A stretch of 64,000 nucleotides of DNA from an uncultured Chloroflexia bacterium (GTDB lineage: Bacteria; Chloroflexota; Limnocylindria; Limnocylindrales; CSP1-4). The translations under genes were made by a program, and so were the position numbers. Location: NCBI GenBank assembly GCA_963819655.1, contig CAWFXA010000003.1, positions 448,001 through 512,000 of the forward strand. Direction: 5' to 3'. A model generated the notes under the pieces. It ran no database searches, was not told the origin of the DNA, and was given only the letters and a program-made list of their open reading frames with translations. Of the stretch, positions 29,411-38,758 are shown piece after piece (the stretch's first letter is position 1; every line of letters begins with the position of its first letter).

Positions 29411-29570
29411 AGCGTCCTCCTGTCGTTCCGCAGGTCGTGCGACCCCGTCACTCTACAAGGCGACCGTCTGGGCGGAGGGGTCCGCAGAACGTGGCGCCGT
29501 CTCGCGCCACGCCCAGGATTCGGGGTTGTCCTACGATGCTGGAGTTTCGACGCATCCCTGGAGTCCCCAC

Positions 29571-30275
29571 GTGTACTTCGACCCCCTCTACATCCTGGTC
29601 ATCATCGCGACGCTCGTCGTGTCAGGTGGTGCGCAGCTCTACATCCGCTCGACGTACGGTCGCTGGAGCAAGGTCGCCAACTCGGCCGGTCTGACGGGGG
29701 CCCAGGTCGCCGAGTTCCTGCGTGACAACGCTCGGTTCGGGAACCGCCCGGGCCGGGAAGCCATCACGGCCATCAAGGTGGCGCCCGGCGAGCTGTCCGA
29801 CCATTACGACCCGCGCGACCACTCGCTGTCGCTGTCGGAGGCAGTGGCACACCAGCCATCGGTCGCGTCGATGGCCATCGCCGCCCACGAAGTCGGTCAT
29901 GCGCAGCAGGTCGCGGAGGGCAGCACGCTCATGCAGATCCGCAGCCTGCTCGTCCCGGCCGTCAGCTTCAGCCCGACACTGGCTTACCTCTTCATCATCG
30001 GCGGGATCCTCCTGAACATGGCGGGCCTTCTGACGATCGGCATACTCCTGTTCGGGCTGGCCGTCCTGTTCTCGGTCCTGACCCTGCCGGTCGAGATCCA
30101 GGCGAGCCAGAAGGCGCTCGCGATGCTGGATTCGACCGGCGTCGTCACGACCCAGCAGGACCGCGACGGGGCGAATTCGATGCTGCGGGCCGCCGCGCTG
30201 ACATATCTCGCGGCGGCGGTGTCGGCCATCCTGACGCTCCTCTATTACCTGACCCTCGCACGCCGGAGCAATTGA
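29571..30275 (+). CDS. Membrane neutral zinc metallopeptidase (YugP-like)
   Basis: LSDHYDPR, AAHEVGHA, TLPVE..AS, AAALTY. Confidence 0.92.
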   Translation: MYFDPLYILVIIATLVVSGGAQLYIRSTYGRWSKVANSAGLTGAQVAEFLRDNARFGNRPGREAITAIKVAPGELSDHYDPRDHSLSLSEAVAHQPSVASMAIAAHEVGHAQQVAEGSTLMQIRSLLVPAVSFSPTLAYLFIIGGILLNMAGLLTIGILLFGLAVLFSVLTLPVEIQASQKALAMLDSTGVVTTQQDRDGANSMLRAAALTYLAAAVSAILTLLYYLTLARRSN

Positions 30276-31228
30276 CTCGCCCGCGTATCCCCGAAGAGGT
30301 CCTGACGGCCGCACACGAGCGGGCGAAGGCCCGGGCGGCGCGCGACTGGGCGACCGCGGACCGCCTGCGAGGCGACATCGAATCGGCCGGCTGGACGATC
30401 GTCGATCGCGGCACCGACTTCGCGTTGTCGCCGGCGTCGCCACCGGATGTCGAGGAGGGGGCCCGGGTCCGGTACGGGGCGTCGCGGAACGTCCCGTCGA
30501 GGCTCGGCGAGGCGCCGGCCGGTTTGGCGACGGTCGTGCTGATCGCGACCGACTTCCCGGCCGATACGGAGCGGGCTTTGACGGCGCTGCGGACACGCGC
30601 GCCCGAGGGGACATCGATCGTGGTCGTTGGCGACAGGCCGTCTGACGAGCAGGCCGCCGCGCTCGGCGCCGAGACCGATGCCGAGATCCTCTGGACGTCG
30701 GAGCGACTCGGCCACGCGGCCGCGACGAACATCGGCATCCGGCGGGCGGCCGGGCGCGTCGTCATCCTGATGGACGCCAGCGTCGAGCCGAGTGGGGACG
30801 TCGTCACGCCACTCGTCCGGGCGCTCGATGATCCGTCGGTCGCGGTTGCCGGGGGCTGGGGCCTCACATCGACCGACCTGCGCACGTTCGAGGAGGCTCC
30901 GCCCGGCGACGTCGATGCCATCGAGGGCTACCTGCTGGCGTTCCGCCGCGAGGACTATCTGACGCGGGGCCCGCTTGACGAGAGGTTCCGCTTCTACCGC
31001 AACCTCGACATCTGGTGGAGCCTGGTCCTCCGCGACCAGGGCGAGGGCGACCGGCCTCGGCGGGCGGTGCGGCTCGACGGGCTGCCCGCGGTCCGCCATG
31101 AGCACCGCGGCTGGTCGAGCCTCCCGGAAGACGAGCGCACGCGCCAGTCCAAGCGAAACTTCTACCGGATCATCGACCGGTTCGGGTCGCGCCGCGACCT
31201 GCTGGTCGGCACCCCCTCGACGACGTGA
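30272..31228 (+). CDS. GT2 glycosyltransferase with N-terminal CysRS-C-like helical domain
   Basis: ERAKARAARDWATADRLR..I...GW; then GHAAATNIG, ILMDAS, LDERFRFY. Confidence 0.75.
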   Translation: MTRPRIPEEVLTAAHERAKARAARDWATADRLRGDIESAGWTIVDRGTDFALSPASPPDVEEGARVRYGASRNVPSRLGEAPAGLATVVLIATDFPADTERALTALRTRAPEGTSIVVVGDRPSDEQAAALGAETDAEILWTSERLGHAAATNIGIRRAAGRVVILMDASVEPSGDVVTPLVRALDDPSVAVAGGWGLTSTDLRTFEEAPPGDVDAIEGYLLAFRREDYLTRGPLDERFRFYRNLDIWWSLVLRDQGEGDRPRRAVRLDGLPAVRHEHRGWSSLPEDERTRQSKRNFYRIIDRFGSRRDLLVGTPSTT

Positions 31229-31479
31229 CCGACGACCTTCCCGCGCCGGACGGGATCGAACGGCTCGCCGAGTCGCTCGGCATCGGCATCATGGTGCAGT
31301 CGATCGAAGCCGGTCCACCGGCCGTGATCACCGCCACGTTCCTGCTGGATGCCCGCGTTTTCGACGTCTCCGTGACCGGACCGACCGAAGGCGACGCCTG
31401 GGACGAGCTCGCTCGCAAGGCGATCGAATGGAAGAACGACGACGAGCGGAACGCCCGCACCTACTTCGGCGGCGTCTAG
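31225..31479 (+). CDS. Small hypothetical protein
   Basis: GTGA overlap with the GT2 gene; typical codon usage. Confidence 0.65.
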   Translation: MTDDLPAPDGIERLAESLGIGIMVQSIEAGPPAVITATFLLDARVFDVSVTGPTEGDAWDELARKAIEWKNDDERNARTYFGGV

Positions 31480-31492
31480 CTGCGCAGCCGCG

Positions 31493-32359
31493 CTATTCCT
31501 GGACCCAGTGGTCTCCGAATGCCCCCGCGCCGATCAGGTAGAACACGCGGCCATCGATCGTCGTTCGACCCTTCGCCGGAGCGCTCGAATCCGTACTCAG
31601 GGTCTTGGTGGTCTGCGACGCGACGCCACCGTCGGCGTCGAACTTGAAGCCCGTGTGCGGACCCGCCCCGAACGCGACGGTCTCGGGCGGGTCGAGGATC
31701 TGATAGACGCGTGCCGACGACGGGACCCACATCCCGGCGAACGCACCGGCATCGATCAGCCAGTACGTCGTCCCGTCGATGTCGACCCGTCCGCTGCTCT
31801 GGGCGCTCGAGTCGGATCCCAGGGTTTGGTCCTTCCGCTGCAGCGACGTCCCGTTCGCATCGAACCGATGACCGATGTGCGCGCCCTTGCGGAAGAAGAC
31901 CCGAGCCGGCGGGGCGAAGTACTCATAGGCAACGGCCGATTCCGGGACCCAGAAGTCCTTCCAGATCCCCTCGTCGACGAGCCAATATGGCTTCCCGTTC
32001 AGCCGGAAGCGGCCTCGGACCGGCGCGCCGGAGTCCGCTGAGATGGCTCGCTGTAACGTGTTCGTGGTGGTGCCGTTCTCGTCGAAGCGGTAGCCGGTGT
32101 GCGTACCGGCGAGGGACCGCAACCGCCGTGACGGGCTGAATGCCTCGTGGACGGATGGTGTTTCGCGCACCCAGTACTCGGAGAACACACCATCGGTGAC
32201 ATGCCACCACACCGAGCGATCCGGCATCGGGCTGCCGCGCCGGTCGGCGCCCGCGCCCGACTCCCGCGGGATCGTGTGGGTCTTCGTTCGCAGCGTCACG
32301 CCGTTCGGGTCGAACGTTCGACCGTCGTACGTGCCTGGCAGGAAGCGGATCCTCGGCAT
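31493..32359 (-). CDS. Protein of four ~70-aa tandem beta-domain repeats
   Basis: Repeat G.(H/Y).G..FD.(N/D)G...(D/E)S.A...aromatic..G.(F/W)...WV occurs four times. Confidence 0.8.
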   Translation of the reverse strand: MPRIRFLPGTYDGRTFDPNGVTLRTKTHTIPRESGAGADRRGSPMPDRSVWWHVTDGVFSEYWVRETPSVHEAFSPSRRLRSLAGTHTGYRFDENGTTTNTLQRAISADSGAPVRGRFRLNGKPYWLVDEGIWKDFWVPESAVAYEYFAPPARVFFRKGAHIGHRFDANGTSLQRKDQTLGSDSSAQSSGRVDIDGTTYWLIDAGAFAGMWVPSSARVYQILDPPETVAFGAGPHTGFKFDADGGVASQTTKTLSTDSSAPAKGRTTIDGRVFYLIGAGAFGDHWVQE

Positions 32360-32418
32360 GGCCCCGGTCCTTTCCCGTGGACGATCGGCCGACGGAGTAT
32401 GGCAGCCATGTGTGAACG

Positions 32419-33957
32419 TCAGGGACGAGCGAGCACCTTCGAGCCGTCAGGCCCGTCGACGACGTCCCAGCCCAGGGCCCCGATCTCGTCCCGAAGCGCG
32501 TCGGCACGTTCGTAGTCTCGTGCGGCCCTGGCCCCGTTGCGTTCTGTCAGCAGCGCCACGACGTTTGCGGGAACCTCGGTCCGCGAGGCCGCAACCTCCC
32601 ATACACGGTGCAGGTCGAGGCCGAGCACGGTATCGGCGTCCAAGACGAGCCAGCGTCGTTCGTCGGCCGGCAGGTCGGCGCGGAGCATCTCGCGGACGAT
32701 CACGAGCGCCGCCGGCAGGTCGAGGTCGGCATCCAGCGCATCCACGAAACGCGCGTGCAGCGCGACGCCGCCGGGCGACAAAGGGGCCGCGGGCGCGTGG
32801 GCCCGGTCGGCGATCGCGTAGTCGCCACCGCCGAACCCGGACGCACCCTCCGCCGTACCCAACGGGCGATCGCCTGCGGCACCGGCGACCAGCACCGGCG
32901 GCGCGACCCACGCGCCGCTCGCGGGCGGTGGCCCAAGCGCCGCCAATCGACTGCGGAGCGAGGTGTACGCCGCGGCCGCACCCGCGATCGATTCGTCCGA
33001 GTAGTTCAGCTTGTGCGCGTAACGCGACGTCAGGACGAGATATCGGAAGGCGAGTGGCTCGATGCCCTCGTCGGCGAGCTCCGTGACACGCTGGAAGTTG
33101 CCGGCGGACTTGGCCATCTTCCGGCCTGCCATCAGCAGGTGCTCCCCGTGGACCCAGACGCGCGCCGGCGGCCCGCCGACCACCGGGGCCGACTGGGCGA
33201 TCTCGTCCTCATGGTGGGGGAAGATGTTGTCGATGCCGCCCGTGTGGAGGTCGAACTGGTCGCCCAGGTAGCGGCGCGCCATCGCCGAGCACTCGAGGTG
33301 CCAGCCGGGATAGCCGTCGCCCCAGCGCGCCGTCGGCCACTTGAGGGCGCGCCGCGGGCCGGCGGCCTTCCACAGCGCGAAGTCGGCCGGATCGCGCTTG
33401 TCGGACTCGATCTCGCCGCGATATCCGGCGCGGAGGTCGTCCAGCGAGTTCCCCGATAGCCGGCCGTATCCGTCCAGGGAACCGACGCCGTAATACACGT
33501 TGCCGAGCTCGGACGCGTAGGCATGCCCGAGATCCTCGAGTTGCTCGGCCAGCTCGACCATCTCGGGGATATGCTCGGTCGCGCGCGGGAAGACATGCGC
33601 CGGCAGGATGTTCACGAGGGCCTCGTCGGCGTGGAACGCGGCCTCATAGGCGTCGGCGATCTCGGCGGTCGTCTTGTGCTCGAGGCCGGCCTGGACGAGC
33701 ATCCGGTCCTCGCCGCGGTCGAAGTCGTCCTCGCGCAGGTGCCCGACGTCGGTGATGTTCTTGACGTGGAACACGTCGATGCCGTGGTACAGCAGGGCGC
33801 GCCGGATGAGGTCTGCGAGGAGGTTGGATCGCAGGTTGCCGACGTGGGCGAATCGGTACACGGTCGGCCCGCAGGTGTACATGCGGATCCGGCCCGCCTC
33901 GAGCGGCTCCACGGCCTCGATGGATCGCGTGAGCGTGTTCCGGATCCGCAATGTCAT
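32419..33957 (-). CDS. cysS: Cysteine--tRNA ligase
   Basis: CGPTVY, HVGN, DFALWK, PGWHLECSAM, FPHHEDE, KMAKS. Confidence 0.96.
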   Translation of the reverse strand: MTLRIRNTLTRSIEAVEPLEAGRIRMYTCGPTVYRFAHVGNLRSNLLADLIRRALLYHGIDVFHVKNITDVGHLREDDFDRGEDRMLVQAGLEHKTTAEIADAYEAAFHADEALVNILPAHVFPRATEHIPEMVELAEQLEDLGHAYASELGNVYYGVGSLDGYGRLSGNSLDDLRAGYRGEIESDKRDPADFALWKAAGPRRALKWPTARWGDGYPGWHLECSAMARRYLGDQFDLHTGGIDNIFPHHEDEIAQSAPVVGGPPARVWVHGEHLLMAGRKMAKSAGNFQRVTELADEGIEPLAFRYLVLTSRYAHKLNYSDESIAGAAAAYTSLRSRLAALGPPPASGAWVAPPVLVAGAAGDRPLGTAEGASGFGGGDYAIADRAHAPAAPLSPGGVALHARFVDALDADLDLPAALVIVREMLRADLPADERRWLVLDADTVLGLDLHRVWEVAASRTEVPANVVALLTERNGARAARDYERADALRDEIGALGWDVVDGPDGSKVLARP

Positions 33958-34138
33958 GGCGCCATCGTAGAGGCCCTAACGGCAACCTCAGATCCTCGTT
34001 ATGCCATCAGAGGCCTCGCGGTTCCCACATCGTTCCCCCGGCGGTGTAGTCCTGCGAGGCCTCGTCTCATGTCCTCGATGCTGGGTGCGTGGAGGCCGTC
34101 GGGCGGCCAGAACGGGCACCGCCCGTATACTCCGGCCG

Positions 34139-35695
34139 ATGCGCCGCCGGATGGTCATTCTCCTCGTTGCCCTGGTCGCCGGCGCCTGTGGCGGGTCGGC
34201 GTCGGGAGCTGCCAGCGGCACGGCACGGATCGCCGTCAGCCCGCCGTCCCAGCTCGATCCGGCGGCCAGCGGTGACGCCCAGAGCTCCGCGGTCATCGCC
34301 CAGTTCTTCGAGACACTGACCGCGCTCGACGATTCGCTCGTCCTCCAGCCGGCGCTCGCGGAATCGTGGCGTGTTGAAGAGAGCGGTCGGCGGGTGATCT
34401 TTCGCTTGCGCCCCGACCTGCGGTTCAGCGACGGCACCCCGCTCCGGGCCAGCGATGTCGTGCGCAGCTGGCTCCGCGTGATCGATCCGGACGCGCCGTC
34501 CCCGCTCCATACGTTGCTACTCGACGTCCGCGGGGCGTCGGCGTATGTCGCGGGGCAGGGGACTGCCGACGATGTCGGTCTGCGTGCCGATGACGGGGCC
34601 GGCGACGTGATCATCGATCTCGTCCAGCCCAGCTCGGAGTTCCCGGCGATCGTTGCGGGCCCGACCTTCGCGGTCGTCCCGCCCGGCATCGACGACCCCG
34701 TCGGACTCCGGCCGGGCGACGGGTTCGTCGCGAGCGGCGGATATCGGCTCACGTCGGCGTCCGACACCGAGATGGTGTTGCAGGCCAATCCGAACTACTG
34801 GGCCGGGCCGCCGGCGCTGGGCACGATCACGGTACTGACGGACCTCGGCGGCGCCAGCCCGGTCGAGAGCTTCGAACGGGGCGATCTCGACTACGCCCAG
34901 ATCTCCGGCTTCGACGCGTCCTGGATCGCATACGACAAGACCCTCGGACCGCAGTTACGGACGGTGCCGGCGATGTCGACCGACTTCTACGGCTTCGATA
35001 CGACGGTCGCGCCGTTCGACGACGTGCGTGTCCGTCAGGCGTTCGGGGCCGCCGTCGACTGGCGCCGGATCGCCCGGCTCGCGGTCGACGACCCGACCGC
35101 GGTCGCGACGTCGATCGTCCCGCCCGGCATCCCCGATCGCGCGACCCGCGACATGCTGCCCCGCTACGAACCCGAGGCGGGGCGGGCGCTCCTGGCCGAG
35201 GCCGGCTTCCCGGGAGGTGCCGGTTTCCCGGACGTCACGCTGGTCACCGGCGGCAGCGCCTACGACGAGGCCGTCGTCGCCGAGCTCGAGCGCGAGCTGG
35301 GCGTCACGGTCAAGGCCGAGAACATGGACTTCGGGGCGTACTTCGACCGACTCGATACCGACGCCCCCGCGATGTGGTCGCTGTCGTGGATCGCCGATTA
35401 CCCCGGCCGCAACGACTTCCTGGGCGTGCTGCTGGGCACGGGATCCGCCAACAACTACGGCCGCTGGAGCTCGCCCGAGTTCGACGCCGCGATCGCCGAG
35501 GCGGCCGCGGCCACCGACCCTGCCGCGGTGGCGGCTGCGTACGACCGCGCCGAGGAGGTCGTGCAGCGGGACGTGCCGGTGGTCCCGATGAGCTATGGCA
35601 CGGGCTGGGCCCTGTCGCGCGATGGTTTTCTCGGCGCCGGGCAGAACGGTCTCGGCTCACTGCGCTTCGCGGGGCTGGCGTGGTCCGGCCAGTGA
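34139..35695 (+). CDS. Peptide ABC transporter substrate-binding lipoprotein (family 5)
   Basis: Lipobox AGAC; LDPA, PALAESW, FSDGTPL.A.DV, PFDDVRVRQA, WIADYP. Confidence 0.92.
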   Translation: MRRRMVILLVALVAGACGGSASGAASGTARIAVSPPSQLDPAASGDAQSSAVIAQFFETLTALDDSLVLQPALAESWRVEESGRRVIFRLRPDLRFSDGTPLRASDVVRSWLRVIDPDAPSPLHTLLLDVRGASAYVAGQGTADDVGLRADDGAGDVIIDLVQPSSEFPAIVAGPTFAVVPPGIDDPVGLRPGDGFVASGGYRLTSASDTEMVLQANPNYWAGPPALGTITVLTDLGGASPVESFERGDLDYAQISGFDASWIAYDKTLGPQLRTVPAMSTDFYGFDTTVAPFDDVRVRQAFGAAVDWRRIARLAVDDPTAVATSIVPPGIPDRATRDMLPRYEPEAGRALLAEAGFPGGAGFPDVTLVTGGSAYDEAVVAELERELGVTVKAENMDFGAYFDRLDTDAPAMWSLSWIADYPGRNDFLGVLLGTGSANNYGRWSSPEFDAAIAEAAAATDPAAVAAAYDRAEEVVQRDVPVVPMSYGTGWALSRDGFLGAGQNGLGSLRFAGLAWSGQ

Positions 35696-37056
35696 GGACC
35701 GGTCGGATCGCGCTGCGCGCAGTGGCCGCGGTCGTCGTGGGGCTCACGGCTGCGTGGTCGGTCGCGTCGCCCGTCCGGGCGGCGGCGCCCGAATTCGGCC
35801 GGCCGACGATCGAGGGTTCGTTCGGCGAAGCCATCGTCGCGAGCCAGCCGGTCACCCTTGACAGCCGGCCCGACCTCGTCGAGGTGCTGATCACGACGGC
35901 CGACCATCCGGCACCGCTCGTCAGCGAGGTGCCCCCGCCCGCCGAGACCGGCGCCACGACGTTGCAGTACACGCTCAGCAGCGCGGACGGCCACGTCCTG
36001 CCGAACACCCCGCTCCGCGTCCGCTGGCGCGTCACGTCTGACGGCGTGACGACGCTAGGGCCCGAGGCGCGCACCGTGGTCGCCGACGAGCGCTTCGATT
36101 GGCAGACGCTCCAGGGCGACGTCGTGCGCGTCCACTGGTACGAGGGTGGACAGGCGTTCGGTGAGCGGGCGCTGCGGATCGGCGACGAGGCCGTGACGAA
36201 GACAGCCAAGACATTCGGTGTGACCGAGGACGACCCGGTCGACTTCTTCATCTATGCCGATCGAGACGCCTTCTACGAGGCGCTCGGACCGGGCACGCGC
36301 GAGAACGTCGGGGGCCAGGCGAGCGCAGACATTCGGACGATGTTCGCGCTCATCGCGCCGGGCTCGATCGACGATCCGTGGGTCGAGAACGTCGTCCCAC
36401 ACGAGCTGATCCACCTCGTGTTCGACACAGCGGTCAAGAACCCGTATCACTTCCCGCCGCGTTGGCTGAACGAGGGCCTGGCGGTCTACCTGAGCGTCGG
36501 GTACGAGCCGGGCGACCGCGCCGCGGTGGACGTCGCGGGGCGCAACGGCGATCTGATCCCGCTCGACGGCCTGGTCGGGCAGTTCCCGACCTCGGCCTCG
36601 AGTTTCAGCCTCGCGTACGCGGAGAGCGCGAGCGCCATCGATTTCCTGATCCGGACGCATGGCGAGGACACGATGGTGTCCCTCGTCCGCTCCTACGCCG
36701 ACGGGCGCACCGATGACGAGGCATTCGAGGCGGCGATCGGCATGGACGTGGCCGCCTTCAATGAAGCCTGGCTCGCGGACCTCGGTGCGAAGCCGGCCGT
36801 GAAATACGGACCGCAGCCTGCTCCGGCAGGGCCGGTCCCGGACGGCTGGGGCGCCGCCTCGCCCGCACCGGGGAGCAGTGCACCGACGCGGCCTGGCGCA
36901 TCTGCTGTGCCGAACGTGGTGACCCCGACCGCTCCGCGCACGACGGTGTCGCCACCGCCGGTCGGGCTAGTGCTCGTCGCCCTTCTCGTCCTCGGGGGCA
37001 TCGTGCTTCTCGTGTGGATCCGCACGCGACGCCCGGTCGCCGGGCCTCCGTCGTGA
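35692..37056 (+). CDS. Peptidase MA family metallohydrolase, membrane-anchored
   Basis: Signal peptide; HELIH...WLNEGLA; C-terminal TM. Confidence 0.88.
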   Translation: MRTGRIALRAVAAVVVGLTAAWSVASPVRAAAPEFGRPTIEGSFGEAIVASQPVTLDSRPDLVEVLITTADHPAPLVSEVPPPAETGATTLQYTLSSADGHVLPNTPLRVRWRVTSDGVTTLGPEARTVVADERFDWQTLQGDVVRVHWYEGGQAFGERALRIGDEAVTKTAKTFGVTEDDPVDFFIYADRDAFYEALGPGTRENVGGQASADIRTMFALIAPGSIDDPWVENVVPHELIHLVFDTAVKNPYHFPPRWLNEGLAVYLSVGYEPGDRAAVDVAGRNGDLIPLDGLVGQFPTSASSFSLAYAESASAIDFLIRTHGEDTMVSLVRSYADGRTDDEAFEAAIGMDVAAFNEAWLADLGAKPAVKYGPQPAPAGPVPDGWGAASPAPGSSAPTRPGASAVPNVVTPTAPRTTVSPPPVGLVLVALLVLGGIVLLVWIRTRRPVAGPPS

Positions 37057-37793
37057 TCGCGCGCATCCGCTCGATCCCGAGCTGGCAGATCACGCTCGGG
37101 GCGGCGCTACTCGGCCTCGGCTTCCTCATCGCGGCCCAGCTCGCCGCCGAGGGTCCGCGCGTCCGCTACACGACCCAGGAACGGTCGCCTCTCGTCGAGA
37201 CCGCCACCCAGCTGCAGCAGCGCCAGGACGAGCTGAAGGCACGCATCCTCGAGCTGCGCGGTCGCATCCAGGCGACGGAACAGGCCGACGCGGGTTCGGC
37301 GGAGCTTGTCCGCGAGCTCAACGACGATCTGCAGGACGCGCGCATCGCCGCCGGCCTGATCCCGCTCACGGGCACCGGCATCGTGCTGCAGGTCGAGGAT
37401 TCGGCGGAGCCCCCGGCGCCGGGATCGAACGAGGCCGACTACCTGGTCGGCGCCCGCGATCTGCGCGCATTGGTCGAGGAGCTGTGGGCGGCGGGCGCCG
37501 AGGCGATCGCGGTCAACGGCGAGCGGATCACGCCGACCACGGCGATCATCGATGTCGGCCCGTCGATCCTGGTCAACGCCGCGTATCTGGCCGGCCCGTA
37601 CCAGATCACCGCCCTCGGCCCGGAGGATCTGTATCCGCGCCTGGGCGCGTCCCCCGGGTTCGTCGACCTCCTCCGGACCAGGGCGCAGGGGTTTGGCATC
37701 CGTGTCTCGATCGCCGAGCCGGACGCGGTCGACATGCCGGCGTTCGCCGGCACGGTCACGCTCCGGTACGCCCGGCCCGAGACGGGGAGCTGA
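37053..37793 (+). CDS. DUF881 family protein
   Basis: TM, coiled coil, AGL..LTGTG, ELWAAGAEAIAVNGER. Confidence 0.9.
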   Translation: MIARIRSIPSWQITLGAALLGLGFLIAAQLAAEGPRVRYTTQERSPLVETATQLQQRQDELKARILELRGRIQATEQADAGSAELVRELNDDLQDARIAAGLIPLTGTGIVLQVEDSAEPPAPGSNEADYLVGARDLRALVEELWAAGAEAIAVNGERITPTTAIIDVGPSILVNAAYLAGPYQITALGPEDLYPRLGASPGFVDLLRTRAQGFGIRVSIAEPDAVDMPAFAGTVTLRYARPETGS

Positions 37794-37797
37794 GGCG

Positions 37798-38472
37798 ATG
37801 CGTCGCCGTCGTGCCCAGGTGACGATCGCCGCCGTCACGTTCCTGCTCGGGCTGCTGGTCGTCGTCCAGCTGCGCACCCAAGCGAGCAGTGAGGCGTTCG
37901 CCGGGCTGTCGTCGCAGGACCTGACGTTCCTCGTGGCGAATCTCGACGATCGCAACGACCAGCTGCGGACCGAGGTCGCCACGCTGGAGCGCGAGTTCGT
38001 CGTCCTTGAGCAGAACACCGAACGCGGCGACATGTCGCTCGACGAGCTGCGTGCCGACCTGCGGCGGGTGCGCCTCTACGCCGGGATCGATCCGGCCAGC
38101 GGCCCGGGCGTCTCGATCGTCGTGCGCGGTCCCATCGACGGTCCGGGCATCGAGGACCTCGTCAACGAGCTCCGCAACGCAGGCGCGGAAGCGATGGCGA
38201 TCGACAGCGTCCGGCTGGTGCCCGGGGTGGTCGCGATCGGGACGCCGGGCGCCATCACGGTCGGCGCTGTCGCGCTCGAGGATCCGTTCACGCTGAACGC
38301 GATCGGCGCCCCGGACAAGCTCACCGGGTCCTTGACGCGGCCGGGCGGGATCATCGCCCAGCTGTCCGCCACGCAACCAGACGTGACGGTCGACGTGACA
38401 CCCATGGAACGCATCGGTGTACCGGCGACGGACCGTGACCTCGTCCCGAGTCATGGCCGTCCACGCCTCTGA
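37798..38472 (+). CDS. DUF881 family protein
   Basis: GPGV, VNELRNAGAEAMAI, AIG.P. Confidence 0.88.
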   Translation: MRRRRAQVTIAAVTFLLGLLVVVQLRTQASSEAFAGLSSQDLTFLVANLDDRNDQLRTEVATLEREFVVLEQNTERGDMSLDELRADLRRVRLYAGIDPASGPGVSIVVRGPIDGPGIEDLVNELRNAGAEAMAIDSVRLVPGVVAIGTPGAITVGAVALEDPFTLNAIGAPDKLTGSLTRPGGIIAQLSATQPDVTVDVTPMERIGVPATDRDLVPSHGRPRL

Positions 38473-38485
38473 TACCCTGCCCGCC

Positions 38486-38758
38486 GTGCCGGACCGACCC
38501 ATCGTGGACCTGCTGCTCGGGGACGTCGTCCGCCTTCGTCGGGCGCACCCATGCGGCGGCGACACCTGGCTCGTCGACCGGCTCGGCGCGGACATCGGGA
38601 TCCGCTGCCGGACGTGCGACCGCCACGTTCTGATCGCGCGCGCCACGCTCGAACGACGGCTCGCAGGGTTCGTCGAGCGCGGCGATCCGGCGATCACGGC
38701 CGCCGTCGTGGGCGACGCACCCCCGCGACGACCGACGTCGCCCGACCCACCTTCGTGA
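38486..38758 (+). CDS. DUF951 family protein
   Basis: GDVVRLRRAHPCG...RLGADIGIRCRTC. Confidence 0.9.
   Translation: MPDRPIVDLLLGDVVRLRRAHPCGGDTWLVDRLGADIGIRCRTCDRHVLIARATLERRLAGFVERGDPAITAAVVGDAPPRRPTSPDPPS

Noticed and set aside
33960-34130. T-box leader for cysS
   Set aside because: No TGGNACC T-box or terminator on the minus strand, only a 10-bp inverted repeat; cysS looks leaderless.
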